Assembly (NCBI GenBank): GCA_976226885.1
Contig: OZ320318.1
Coordinates: 26,598,001-26,662,000, forward strand
Length of the DNA: 64,000 bases
Reading direction: 5' to 3'
From: Iphione sp. A-MEVVRFRX5
Taxonomy: Eukaryota
This document shows positions 14,898 to 29,294 of this stretch, in pieces (positions within the stretch are counted from its first letter, which is position 1; the number at the start of each line of letters is the position of its first letter). A program made the position numbers and the translations under genes. The notes below the pieces were generated by a model. The model worked only from the letters and a program-made list of their open reading frames with translations. It was not told where the DNA came from and made no database searches.

Positions 14898-15790
14898 CCC
14901 AGGGGAGTATTTAGGCCCCTTTTTGTTTCTATTATACATTAATGACTCAATTAATCTGTTTAGTGCTAAGAAATGTATACTTTATGCAGATGACACCACC
15001 TTGGTGGCGAGCAGACATAACCCACTAGTGGAAGATAAATTGACACGATAGTGTTATGATAATGGCCTGAAGATCAATACTATAAAGTCAGAGGTTATCC
15101 TGTATACACATGACTGCAGCCCCTATAAAAGGGTGAAGATATGCATGTTCCATGAAGGTAAAATGATTCCCCAGGTAGATACAGTCCGTTACCTAGGTAT
15201 AACCCTTGACAAACATATCAAAATAGAATCCCAATTGAAAAAGACCATACGCCAGTTAAAGCCATTGATGTTTACGTACAAACGGTGTAGGCCTCTGCTG
15301 TCACCAAAAGGTGCAAAGACAGTCTTAAAAGGGTTCACACTACCATACGTGGAGCAAGGGCTTGTACTACTAAACGACAAGAAAAACAGATTGTTTACCT
15401 CTACTATTAAAATACTTGACAGACTAGTAGGGCACTGCTGCCGAAATTTTAAGGATGACCTCATAGATCTATATGAAAGACTGAAACTATTGCCTCTTGA
15501 ACTTCATAATGAATACTACTTAGTAGTCTATGCAGTCAAAAACAAGGAGCTGATTAAAAGAGTAGTCAATGTTGTCCCCCTCAGAACCACTAGGAGTGTT
15601 CAACAACAGCATATCAAGCAAAGTAAACCAAAATATGAAAGTGAACACAGGTCAGTCGAGTAGAATGCAATAAGAGTTTGGAACTACTTACCTTCTACCT
15701 GCAAATACTCAGACACAAAGAGTATTAAGAGGACATTGAAAAAGTATTATATTGACAAGTTGAGAAGGGAAAACTGGAGAGTCCCCTAAA
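14898..15790 (+). mobile_element. Decayed 3' fragment of a CR1/L2-like LINE reverse transcriptase
   Basis: PQGSI-GP-LF-LYIND (frameshifted), LYADDTTL (14983-14994), VRYLGITLDKHI and C-terminal RVWNYLP-like remnants, with stops and frameshifts. Confidence 0.85.
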
Positions 15791-17032
15791 TGTAACAAGT
15801 ATGGCACACTGAATGACTAAGGTGAGCTGACAATGAACATAAGCGGTGATCGGTTCAAATTGCAATTTCTTGTGCACTTACCATACCTGGATAAATGATA
15901 ATAACAAGAAGCTGTGCTACGATGCTTACCAATATTCACTCTGGGCTTGGTGCAACACTAACACTACATCACTTATGCTTCATCCATTTGTTCCTACATC
16001 ATTCCATCCTTTCATCTATTTGTCATACATGTTCTCTACGTCAAAATGTCTGCACAATATGAAAACTGACAAGTGTAATGTTTGCTATATCAGTGACAAG
16101 ACACACTGGATCTGTAAGGCCATCGAGGCCTACTACATTCCGGAAGAAATAAACATTATAAAAAATATATTTCTGAAATGCTAAACAATATTGGTAATAA
16201 ACTGTATGATTGGCACTGACAGTACTGCACCATTATTTTATGGTCACTATGTTAGAGTGTTCATCTATAAATTTCTACCCTAATAATTCACACACCACAA
16301 CATACCAGTCAGTTTACAAATACAGTAACACTCAGCCTGTGACCACCTTAATAAACCAACCACCTCGCTATTCTATCCATTGAGGCTTGAAACCAAAATG
16401 TTTCCACTGTTTTCCAATATGACAACCCTTCAGGGTAAATGACAGGGCTCCCCTCAGCTTGCAACCACCTCTTTGATGGGCACAGCCCTTCAGAGCGAGG
16501 ACAAAGGAGCTCTGTGATTTTAGGAGGAGCTTGGTAGCGTCAGGAGGGGCTCTAACATGACATGCACCCTCCTGACTCTCACAACTTTCCTCTCACCTCC
16601 TGCAAGTGAGAGCAGCAGTATGGTCTCAGGAGCATCTAAACAGGCTCAGTAGCATGATGAAAGGTTCAGGAGTGTCAGTAGCCCTCCTTGTCATCTCTGT
16701 GTTGTTCATTCCTTGTTCCTGTATCATTGGTTTCATGCAATTTTTACAATAAATTATTATTCGTTGTCTAACTTGGCACATATATATATATACCCCTACC
16801 AGTGACCCTTCAGTAATGTGACCACTCCCTATTCTGGCCAAATCAACTTGAAACAGATGGTGGTCGAATTTCCGTGAAGATACTCAACACATCTTGTATG
16901 TGTTTTATTTGTGTCACTGATGAAAGTGTTCCTGGTGTGCTATCCAAATGTTTTATTTGCATGTACCTAAAGAACAAATAGCAGCAAGAATGGGCGTCTT
17001 ATATCTACGAGGCAATGTCAAATCCAGTCCTT

Positions 17033-17486
17033 TCACACTTTATATATAATTGTATTGAAGTGAGGCCTTTGTGTCGGCGATATATCTGACAAAGGCGGTG
17101 TGCCTTGACTCGACTTTGTATTAATATTGAACAACATTAGAAGTCCATCCTGCAATGATATTAAAATGAAAGGTTGACGGTCCGATACGAAATGACATAT
17201 GTTCGGAAATGTAAAGAACAACTAAAATGTGAAGTCTTACCTGTCGATAGTGGAATTTTGTCCAGGAATCACGAATTAGTCCAACAGTGGTTTGATATAA
17301 ATTCCTGTCTCTGCAAAACGAAAAAATATTGGTCGTATTTTATCTTGGCCTTTCATTGTATACACTACATAGAGTGTTATTTACAATATGATATGCAAAT
17401 CCTACCTGATTGCTTTTCTTGCCTCAATGATAAGGTGGCATACGCCGCATGCATCGTTTAGAGGTTGGTGAATATAAGAATTACAG
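17033..17486 (-). CDS. Candidate three terminal exons of an unidentified spliced gene or pseudogene
   Basis: Exons 17406-17486, 17241-17310 and 17033-17149 with GT-AG introns of 95 and 91 nt; continuous open frame; AATAAA on the minus strand at 16957-16952 and 16909-16904. Confidence 0.4.
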
Positions 17487-19432
17487 CTTGAAATTAAACT
17501 TCATGTTAACAAAAATAAAATTTTGACTGGATCATACGAACATCAATTATGCATGATTTGATCTTAGATATGCATGCAACATTACGGCATACATGTGTTA
17601 TAAATTATAGATTAAAATATATATTGATATATTCATATCTTTGCGTATGTTTATAGTTTGGGGGGAATGTGTTTTTCGATTTAAGCAATGATGAATAAGT
17701 TGGAATAAATGAATATTACGTTATGCATATTCTTCATTTCCAAACAATGTACTCCGGCATGTATATCTACGAATTGGTGTCCAAAGATTCATAGCGATCA
17801 AAAATATCTTTATGGCCTTCAAGTCGCATCTCTTGAATCGATCAATGTTTTCTCAGTATTCCTCCTACCCAATGGGCTTGCTGTACTACCATATTTTACT
17901 CTGATACGCATCACCACTTGCGCTCGGTATCTGAGGCCCATCAATTTGCGCGCAGACCGCCGTTGTTTCATTGGTCTGATGTAGGTAAAAGTGCCCCGTA
18001 TATATTACTTGCTTATCGGGCCTGAGCCATCGAGTCAGGGCTGGGTAATCCCGATGCGTTTATGATCATGCTGGCGACAGGAGGGCCACTGGCGACCCAT
18101 CTAAAAGGTTATCACTGTGCACCAGCTGGGATTTAGCCATGGCACTCAGTCCCGCCTCCCTGACACCCAGACACCAGTCTTGGCCAATCATATTGCGGGC
18201 CAACTAAGCTGGTGGCGTCATCTAGCGGCGGTCAGGCAGAGAGCGGGGCTGCTGGGGGTGGACCGGAAAGGATCTAAATGGTCCTTTGCTTTTACCCTTG
18301 TCACCAGGGTCACCTCGAGGGGGCGTGCCAGTTGTCACCAGTTGTATTTCCCACCCTTTTCACATTTCCTCTATCTGACTGAAAATGCGTGCCTGTGCTT
18401 TTTTCGAACAAATATCAACGTACCTTGACAGCTGAGAGTTCATTTGCCGGTAGGGCAAGCCTGGACATAAGTTATGCGGTATAGCAATCGAAACTAATTC
18501 GTTCGGCATCATTACCAATACCGTTTTATCGGTCGAATTTCATGCTTACTTCGTCGAATTTAGATGTTACGTGGATCTATCTCTCTCTATATATATACAT
18601 GCATATATAAGGATATGTACACATGTTATGGTCAGCTTCTGTCAACTGTCCTCCTCCTACCCTAAACTTTCTCTACAGATTTCAGGTAGTCTTGAAGTCT
18701 GCAATTGTTACCAGTCACTTTTCGCGACCCACTTTTCCATACATCCATGGGTAAGTTAGACATTTCATCTAACTTCTATATCAGACCAACAACAACTACT
18801 ACCTGAAATCACGTTTCCTCCTCATGTCTCAGTCTTTCGCCCCATTTCCTTTCCTCCACAGAAATACTACTGCTGCCGCTGCCTTTTTTTATGTCATCAA
18901 ACTCGTCTTTGAAAGTGTGGACAGCATGATTGTACAACAAATTCCAGCAAATATATGTATACATATATCACCTGCGCTGGTTTACGTAATGTAGTGTGTA
19001 TGTGCTTGTACGAAGTTATGATATTCACACTTGCACTCTTAGACACTGACCGATATTACAGTTTCCTGTGGAAAATGTGGCAGTTTTATACAATATTCAA
19101 TATATAGGTTTTAGAAATGTGGAATCAGATTGACTCACATGTTCAATAACATTCACACAGTACTATACAAGTTTCAGAGGAAACGTGAACGTGAATACAA
19201 TGGTTAGGGATGTGTTAATATAATAGTATGGAGTTCCATCTCAGTATTGATATGGTTCTCGTCACTGCCAACCCACTTTGGTCCAAAGCTACTTCTGTCT
19301 TAATCACGTTGGCCTTAGGGCCCTTTGGCTGTTTGTAGCCCGGATGGCGGGCACCACCTTGGGTAACTAGTAGAGGTAAAATGCATGTGGCTGGTACGGA
19401 TGGGATGTGCGATTAACTACAAATAGAAGGCA

Positions 19433-19437
<5 letters not shown>

Positions 19438-19469
<32 letters not shown>
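19438..19469. repeat. (GA)n microsatellite
   Basis: Directly visible. Confidence 0.95.
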
Positions 19470-19472
<3 letters not shown>

Positions 19473-22400
19473 CTGTTAGACACATCCCATTCAGACTCTA
19501 GAACATACACATGTCCCTTAATACACATACTTACTCCGACACTCAAGAACATACATACATCTCGTCCAACTCTGTCTTCAAGTGATGCATATTCACCTAC
19601 CGATTTTACCAGTAGGTGAATATGCAAGTGTTAAATGCACAAATGTCAAATCTAGGTCATTCACTCGTCTCATGCTTGTAAGGAAAAATGTCCTAAACAC
19701 GGCCTTTGGCTACAAAAAGTTTTCCAGGATTTTACTGTATTAAGGGACAGACGTCTGTTATGCCTGGCTTATAACAAATCTGTAGAACAAGAGTCAGTAG
19801 TTGCAACAAGGCGCTCATGCAGACGAAGAATTGTAATTCGTAGACCCAGAAAAGAGGGTGACAAACACTCGCCTGGGTATGTATGTTGTAAATTATGGGA
19901 TTTTCTAGCTACAGGTATGACAAGGCTGGCTACCAGCGACTTCAGAAGGAAGATTCAGAAACTCGGGAGGGAGTTTCAGCTATCTTTTGCGGTCCCTTGA
20001 GAGCAACTGTTACTAGGTGATGATAGTATGCTGTAGGATGTTACCTGCGTATTACTAGGGCTAACAGGGAAGTGTTTGTTATTCTTGTATGATCTGCATT
20101 AGCTTATATGGGGCAATTGCTGCGATAAGCTATAAAATCATTAGATTATAGCCCTAAAAGGTTCAATCAGCTAACCAGGTGCAAATGGGGCTCTGCCACT
20201 GTGTACCAGGTGGCCTTGACTCACAATCCCGCACATGGAGCCTGGTGCTGTGCAAATTGAAAACTGTATTTTTTATTATCCTGTGCTCATGGGGCATTGC
20301 TGCTGAGTGGAGGATTACAAAGAACAATCCTTCATCAAGGCACCTGGAGCTGACAGCTGCGGTGCTAACATTTTCAACATTTTCCAAAGTAATTCAGTTT
20401 TTGGAATTCAGCACTTTTCTGCAATATTCATTACATTCGTACATTGTTTAATGAACGGACTTGTAGAACAGACTCTCATTCTCATTATTTTCCATTTTGA
20501 TTAGTTTGGACACCATGTAAACTGGATCAACATACAAATATGTATAACAAAGTCCAGAATAAATAAAGATTTTTAAAAATGTAGGACTCCAGTAGCTTAG
20601 GCCAAAGTGCCTTCAGGCTGAATTGTCTTTCGACTGAGGTGTCTCACTCTCCATTGATAACATAGGACAAGAGTGACAACTTACAGGATTCCCTGCCTGT
20701 TAAGGACAGCAGTGATTATTGTGCAGATATTATGTTTGAAAGTCAAATGAATACTGGATTCACATCAATCTTCTGTTAAGAAAGTCCAGTTGACAATCGA
20801 CTACAACAATACAATGATCTGCGTGATTTCTCTGCTGAATAAAGAATGAAGAAACTCATAGAATTAAGATACAATTTTCGTATTTTTTAATCAATTCTGA
20901 AAATAACTATCTTGATACTTATACCTTAGAAGTCTATTGGTTTGAGAAAATGTCAATGCACTCAAAATTACACTTAGGTACCTATACATTTAGACGTTCA
21001 GGCCCACTAAGGCTCTGAATTTGGAGGATAGTTTTTGGTTAGGTGAGACCTTTCGGTATCTAACTTTGAATATTTAAAGGGTTTTCTTGATATCATTCAG
21101 CTATTAGCTCTATTGGTGTTAACAGACAAATTACGTGTTACTTGAAGCATGGCAACCCTCAAGCTTCATGATGAATTTCAGGATAGTATATTCTGTGTGA
21201 AACGCAACTGTTCTCTGATGAGGCGTTAACGGTTTCGACGAACACAATGTAGTTATGGGTAGATGATTTAAAAATAATTTCGACAGTTGGTTTTACCGTA
21301 TATTTAATTAACAGGTAATGTACGAGTGCTAGATTTTGTAGGAAAGTTGTTGTTTTTCACAAGATAGTTCACTCAGAAATCACAGATGGGCAACTTTTGA
21401 GGCTCCCCCTGTGTTGGGAGGTGTCTGGGCTAATGGGTAATATCAAAGGATGTTAAAAAGGCTTCTTGTTTATTTGGATTTTGGAAAATGTATCTTTAGG
21501 CACAGCTGACTTCCGAGATAGCACTCTGTTCGATTGTGATATCAGATCATGACGCCACACTACCGGCAGAGCATGCATCCGACGGCAACCTCATTCGAGG
21601 TAACACTGCACTTACAAGCGTCATCAGCTCAAGACGATTTTGATTTTGATTAACTCCACTAAAAGCGGTGCGTTTATCGAAAATGTGTGAAGATGGCCGT
21701 GTATCTTTGAATCTGAGGTGTGCGATCTAAAAAGGCATGTGCCGATAAAAACATACACGCGTAGGTTGCAGACAGAGCTCCAGATTTCATGTCGAGCAGT
21801 GGTCGAGTATGTGAATTCAAGGAATGTCTACCCGTTATATTGTACAAGTTGTATGCCGAGTCTTAATTGGAACATGTGAGAAGGATCACAATACACAATT
21901 GATTGATGGCGACCAATGATCACATGAGTGTTTAAACAATTATGTCCTAAGCAAGCAGGGTATAGTCTCCTTTGTAATCAATTCTTTCCGAAATGTTTGC
22001 CAATAGCTAATGGGCTGGGTTGATATAGTATGGGATATCCCGGGTGACGATTTATGAGGTCATTTCCCAATATCATCATATGGCTTGGCATTTTCCAAGT
22101 ACTTAATCCTCCATGTGCCATTCTAATTGTGATCCATCGCATGTAATATCCATCCACATCTTCTGAAGTTTCCCGATCAATTATGTGAGATATAATCTTT
22201 GAGGGCGTTTTATAACCTCTCGAAACAAACTCTGACAAGGGGAAATCATATTACATGTAAGGTTAGAAGGTCTGTGTCTGCAGACTACTCGGATATTGTT
22301 TAGACCCGAAACAGGTTAGTGGTATAACACGGGAGCAGTCTATCATATAAGGTGGACGTTTATGGAGTACCTCAATGGCAAACGTGCCCCCCTCCCGGCC

Positions 22401-23853
22401 CATGGTACCAGACCCTTCTTATCGATTGGTTTAAAATAATAGCTCATAGACGATATGCTATGTAATTTAATGATGAATAATGGTATCCTTTCTTAGCGTT
22501 CAAGGCAATTCCGACCTGCTTAATAACAAATGAACCTTTCATACAAACATAGACGGGTCCAAATTCATCAAGCGCGTATACCTCGATACAGTTTAACTTG
22601 TGACCTGTACTATGTCGGGCAAAAAACAAAATGTGAATAACATATTGCCTTCCCTAATCAGTTTAATGGTCCTAGAGTGGGATATAAATTCACTAAATTG
22701 ACTCCCTAAAGGATAGGGGCTAAAAGCTCTTTCACGCTAAACTAATATCCGAAGTGAATGGGTCCTGTACAGACGCATACATTTTGTGCTTACATCGAAA
22801 CTGGATCTTCAAGACATCGCGGAATGGCAGTAGGAGTTGCGTGATAATGTCCTTCAGCATTCACAGCTATGTTTGTGTTATTGATTTCCCCCCGAGGTAA
22901 TTGTTGGTTAGTTTCGACAACCGCCGAAGAACACGACCTAACAGACATCGCCTGTACTGAAACAATCTTTGTGTGATAGGGAAGGACCCACTTTTGCACA
23001 TGTTGCTGACTTGCAAAACGTGGCTAATACCAGGCTCAATTGGATTTAAGACATTTCCTTTCATAGTCGATGATATCATACCATACGAACGTATGGGTTT
23101 CAAAGGTACGCGAACACCAATAAATAGATCCGAAGTCTACAGATGCTGCTGCAATACACCTTCTATAATACCCTTCACCGCATGTTTTGCTTTTACACCC
23201 GTCCGCTCATGAGCAAAAGAATACATACTGATGCATATATCTGAGTAGAACCATTTGCTGTTCGTGTGAGCCATCGAACGATGAATGTTTGAATCCCCTC
23301 CCAAAATACGATCTGCAGTAGGTCTTTTTTGTTCCCCGTGGCGTGTCGGCGAGGCCAGTGCGTGACTAGGTTCGTTGCGGCTCTGCTGGGAGATGAGCCG
23401 TGCTCTGGCGTTGACAGACTGCTCGGACTTAATCTCCCCTCAACTTAAGCGGGCTGCCGTTTGGCGGCGCCATCGGTCTTATGCCTTCGACATGCGCGTT
23501 GGCTGGCGGTCATGTTTATCGGCAGACCTAACCTAATCTGACAGCGGGCTCGATGAGCCGGATGATTACCCTACCGACCACCAGGTGTCCCCCCCACCGT
23601 TGCCACCCACCCATCTCCAACGCCACTCCCACACAGACACAGAGGCGCAGAGGCACGTACGCTCACACGCGCCTAATATGCTGTTGGAATAGGCCATTGG
23701 GTGACGATTAGGTCGTCTGTCTCATTGGTAGATGACGTTTCGACCTCCGGGTGTTAATCACATGTAAAGGCCCGAGCAGGTGTTTCTTGGACGCTTGTTA
23801 AGGGCAAGTATGCCTTTTAGTAATGAGTATGGATACGTCTGAAACCCAGTGTA

Positions 23854-24057
23854 GAGTGGAAAGCCTCCTTGGGGACATGTCTGAAATAGGGACAGGCCTC
23901 TATGAGGGACAGTTTGGGGAAGAACTGATTCCATCTTCTGTATATCAAAAGAATCTCTAATCGGGACGTGTCTCAAAAAATCTCTAATCGGGACGTGTCT
24001 CAATTAGGGCCAGTTTGGGACAGAACCAGGGGTGTCCTGATTAGAGGCTTTCCACTG
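23854..24057. mobile_element. Tc1/mariner-type (pogo-like) MITE
   Basis: 14-bp TIRs (G/C)AGTGGAAAGCCTC and GAGGCTTTCCACTG, each flanked by TA; internal duplicated TCTCTAATCGGGACGTGTCTCAA; subterminal GGTGTCCTGATTAG. Confidence 0.75.
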
Positions 24058-25113
24058 TACCGCGCTAGTGCGTGGTCTGACCGATAGCTTTTCACAGTTT
24101 TTAAAGATGTGTCTCTAACCAAAGTAATAGAAGGCCGGAAATCGACACCAAATCGATAGAGTTACCTGTAAATCATTTATACACTTACAATATCATTTAT
24201 TGCCTGGTAATATATCTCAAATTTCCCCGTTCTCGTTTTCATGGAGTTTGATTTAAATGTTCAAAACAATGCCACCACATCGCTTGGCAAAGAGTAATGG
24301 TATTCTCCACGTCGCACTCTGTTAAGGAAAGGAATAAAATGACCAAAAGATTTAACATAAAATGTGGGCAGAATGCCGGTAAAGTATCCATACCTGTAGT
24401 GCAAATGGTGTGTTTAATACAACCGAATTAATGACAAGGAAAGTACATCAAGAGTCGGAAAGCCGGACCGAGGTGATCATTACTGCCACAGCACAAGTAC
24501 TGAGTGACGTGTAGGTAACGCAGTTCGCCAGGATTAAAGCATCACAACGCAGGAAGTACAGCAGGCAGGAAAGACAGGTGGGCGAGAGGCTGACCGGAAG
24601 ACAGGGGAGTAAGTGACCTTAACCTGCACCAGAATGCCCGAGACCTAGGCCTTTTTTATGTCCTACTTACCCGTAGAAGCTCACTGGTAGGACCTACCAT
24701 CTATACCCGCTAATTGGTGGACGAAAGGGAAAGCTTGGGTTATAAATAACATGTGTATCCATATACACAGCGAAGGTAGGGATAGCGTGGACGTAGGCGG
24801 GGATAAAGCCGAACTTTGCGACCAGTGACTGTCAAATCTGCTGTGAAAAGAGGAAAGTACTTTTAAAAACCTTCATAGACACTTTGTACTTGGAGATCGA
24901 TAGATGAAATGTCTGTTGATGATTCTATATGAATGGAAGTTTCTTTAACGCATCAGTTGTACCGCAATGCAATGGTCACATTGAGAGTCGTTGCGCAGTA
25001 CACATGGACAGTGGAATCTCACTATTCCGGACCAGTGAAGGACTTAACCACCTCTATCCTGAATGTGGGATTTGTCCGGGGATTTGTTAGGAAATGTCTA
25101 CATGTATACCCCA

Positions 25114-25216
25114 TCAAATTCACCACAACTCGGGTTTGTCTCCTCAAATTCACCACAAATAGAATTTTTACTTTCGAATTCACCATAACCTAGGCTTTTA
25201 CTCCTCAAATTCACCA
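25114..25216. repeat. Minisatellite of about 30 bp, 4 units
   Basis: Core TCAAATTCACCA at 25114, 25144, 25174 (variant) and 25205. Confidence 0.8.
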
Positions 25217-28200
25217 TAGCTCAGGGCTTTTCGGCGCTTATCGGGATTACTTCTTAAATTCGCCTCAAATGGGGTTTTTAAACCAGGCTTTCAATGTACA
25301 TGTACAATGTACACATATTCTCGGTGTCAGAAACGTAGCCTGAACATATATTTTTGACCAGCCTACAAATGACACAACAACCCTAGTGACCAGGCTGGGA
25401 ACTGTTTATTACTGTAATGAACCCATAATTTATCCCACTTATCTATCCATATGTGTGAAAGCCATTGATGATGGTTTGGTGTCAGGGTAAAACATCCATA
25501 TATATTATGTCTGGATACATGGGTAGTTACCAGGATTTCCTATGTCCTGGTTTGTCCCACGTGTTCCTACATATCAAAATGTGTGAATATGTGTACATGG
25601 AATGCCCACCTCACTTCTTTAATTTGCCATGACTCAGGGTTTCAGTCCTCTGCATGTCATATACTAGTCATACCTTTCCTCATGACCTTCTCTGCATCTT
25701 TCCTAAAGCATCTCCTTACACCTGAGAGCCTCAGTAGCGGTAATGTCTCAGCAGGGGCAGGAGGGGTTTGAAATTAAGACTTTTTTTCTTTCGGTTCTTC
25801 CTAGAATCTTTCTAGAATCAACGATATCAGGAATAGCCAGTCATATGGAATCCAGGATTCAAGTGTGTATATATTTACATGTGTGTGCACGTGCATTTTC
25901 TTTTACCTCTGTGTCTGTTCTGCTATCACATCAAAACTGAGTCGTTTTCATCTTTGCTTTACTACCGCCTACGTCTCTCTGACTTGTCATATCTTTAATG
26001 TACTACGGTCACGCCTTTTGTGTTCATGGAAGGCGCCCTGGCACCGAGGATAGGACGACATCAACATTGAGCGACAATACCTACATTCCCGGGCACCTGT
26101 GTATCGCTTTGAATGCCTATTCATTTTCTTAAAGGAAACTTCGTAACAGGTTGTTAACGGTTAGAGGAGAACAGAGGATTTCCCTTGAAGAGTGGAATGG
26201 AGGTACATGTACAACATTTCTACTACTGTTGTTTCTGTTTCCTAAGACTTGCTGTATCAGATTTGAAGTATATTGCTGCAAGCGTCTGCTTTATCATTCC
26301 TGCCACCGTGCTAGTTTCCTAAGATTTGCTGCACCAGACTTAAAGGCAGTTGCTGCAAACCTCCGCTTCTGATGTGTTGTGCATACTACATAGTAATCAG
26401 TCCTGCCATATACGAAACGCAAAGCGGGTGTAGGGTAATGTCTTCGCACAGCACGCTGCCCACACAGAAAAGAGAATGGAGCCAGTCAACTGCCTATTTA
26501 TCCACGTGGCCGCCGCTAGCGCCGCCTTGGGGCGAGAAGGATCATTTTATCGCACTTTCCTCCTCCATAGGGGCCGGTGGGCTCTCCGGGTAGAAGTGCT
26601 CACTCCGGAGGTCGATCTGCTTTGATCGCACACTCTTGATCTTACATCTAATCCTGTGATAATCCTACGGTCTGCAGCTGCGAGGGACGGTAAGAGGTCC
26701 ATTATTGGGACCTGAGTAGTCGACAAAGCATAGAGGAGTATCGCGTCGGTTCTGTAATAGAGGTCACGGTAATAAATAAGGGTGTCAGGGAATTGATTGT
26801 CTGCATGGCTGAAGGTAATGGCACGTTTCTGGAAGAAACGCGCATGAAGCGAATATTGGTCAATTTAACGCTCATGCGTTTAAGGGCTACAACCGATCAC
26901 CACAGGCGGCTGGGTGTTTTTTTTAAGAGTTCGTGTTAATTGGATCGTTGAACTGCTATTTATCATTATAATTACTGATCCTGTAAATCCTGAAATATGG
27001 CGAGCTATTTGTCTTTGACAGAGCTTGTCCTCCCCTCTAATTGACCCTGTTGTCAAGACTAAGTCCAGTTTGGCGGGTACTTCTTCATATTTGTTCACAG
27101 CAGTAAATTCCAATTTTCCCTTAAAGGGATAATCACTCCATCTAGGCGACACATAATATAGAAAGATATTACCACAATTACCATGGTAATGTACACACAT
27201 ATGTATATGTACATGTGCATGTCTGCATGTCTTCATCATACATGTGCTTAGACTTCTATCATGGCCTAAAGGAACAATTTCGCCCACTTGTTTACATATT
27301 ATCATAAATGTGTCGGGGGATGCAAAAATAAAACAAGAATAAAGTACATGTAGTCGCAATTGAATCTTTCATTACTGAAGTCCATGCGTATACATAATAA
27401 CTATTCTTCGTCCTACAGAATATTTATGTGTATGGGTATACCCCTCATAACGAATCTTCCGAGAATGAAACTTTCTAATTGAGAAGTATCGTTTTATTGT
27501 AAAAAAAAGTAGCCATTTCAGATCAACTGTTAGGATTTCCAATGATAATACATTATGCTTCTGTTAATGAAACTTTTGATAACTGAGTGATCTCTTGAAA
27601 CACATCTATTTCGGTAAGAGTAGTATACCTGTAATTTCCAGTGAGTCAGTGAAGTACAATTGAAGTGCAGTTGGCTCCGGCTAGGAGACCACCTGTGGGA
27701 CTGGACAAACCTGGTATCCCCTATGATCTTGTAACCCCTGCAGACCTTCCATCATTTCTGCTCGTTTTGCAATACAAGCAAAAGGATGATTGCCTTTGAG
27801 GCATGACCTGAGGACTTCGAACTTTGAAGAATCCACCAGCCCGGGGAGGTGTAAACCGAGTACTTCTCACAATTGGAGGCTATTTGGCCATCTCCGCAGT
27901 CTCAAAAGTGGTCTCTGATTCTCCTTCTGGCTGGCCTCTAGGCAGTCTGGTTTCCCTTGTGATCTGGTCTCCCACATAGTTCTCTCTGATATAGCAAGTG
28001 TATGTCAAACTCTTGGGTTCTATGAGGACCTCGTTTATACCCCGATCCGCTCTACCCTGGGGGGGGGTCTGGTCTTGCTGACAGGAGTCTATACTGTGCA
28101 TACATGTACATGTATTATTTTGCCCCTGCGCCAATGTGTTCTTTGGCGAGTTTCGCAAATTTCGAGCAGCTCTCGTAATTGAATGATACCCTGATATTTA

Positions 28201-29294
28201 ATTCAATATATCGTCATGATATATTGCATGAAATGCTTCAGAAATATTTGTTTTCTGCAGAGGACTTTTAGCTGAGCCCAGTACTCCCCTTGTATTGTCT
28301 CAAACACTTTATAGACTGTGTGTTCTTGTTGAAGCATTAAGTACACGGCCATCGCACCAAAAACAAGAACTGGCGTTGACCTGATCATGGTTGCCAACAT
28401 ATGTCACGTACTGCCCTTCTTTTACACAGAATGTTATTGCTGCTATTGCAAAACATGACCATCTGTCAATCAGTTCTTTTTCGCGATAAACTCTTCGGGC
28501 CATTATTTATACTTTAAACGACATTGTAAATACTGTTATGTGTGTTTCTACCTCTAATAGTTTTAGTATACCAATACAATCCGTATATTTGTTTGAGGTA
28601 GGTTTCCTATGCCTTCGCTCCAATGTAACGACCTAATACTATGAATATATTTGCCATTTCTGACCGCCAGGGCCCTTCTACTACAGCGTAACAGTAAGAT
28701 TCAGCAAGCTATCCATATCAAGAGTTGACCTATGCTGGGGTCGTTCGTTGCTGGGTCGTGACTCTCCTATACCTAGCACCCTCCAACCAGCAGCTACCTT
28801 CTCAGCTATTCTGCTCTGACCTCAACAGTGACACCTGAGTGACAGACACCAGCCCCGTGTGTCCGTCGATTGGAACCGCACCTCGTGCCCTCTGCTCATT
28901 TCGAACCCCTCCTCACGTTCACCTCATCTTCCGCCTCCTCTCCTCCCTCAATAATCCTCGACCTCCCCCTCCCCTTTTTTCGCTATGGTGCCGCCCTCGT
29001 ATGCCGACCCGATGCCCGAGCAGGAGGCTGCTGCCCTCGGCCTTTGTCACCCTCATCCTCGCCGCCAGGATGCGCCATAGAATTCTCATCATTCTGCCGG
29101 TCGCGACGGATTCACCGGAAAGCTTCTATGGGATTTTCCCGAACTAATCACAACTTTATCCCCAAGCTCTTGTGGACAGGTAGCACCCGCTGAATTGGCT
29201 CGCCCCGAGGGGAAGGTATAGACGTGCCACCGGTGTGGTGGAGGTACGCCGGTTGCTACCGCCGCGCCCCCTGGCGGTTTAATAAGAAGCTTTG

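Noticed and set aside
21195-21245. GAAAC...CTGATGAG hammerhead-like words
   Set aside because: Stems I and II cannot form in any topology.
21960-23230. Cluster of short overlapping ORFs suggesting a viral or Polinton remnant
   Set aside because: No diagnostic polymerase, capsid or integrase motif could be identified.
23734-23761. Minus-strand GTGATTAACACCCGGAGGTCGAAACGTC resembling a Penelope-type minimal hammerhead ribozyme
   Set aside because: The CUGAUGA core has two substitutions, stem II is mismatched, and no PLE ORF lies nearby. At best a dead relic.
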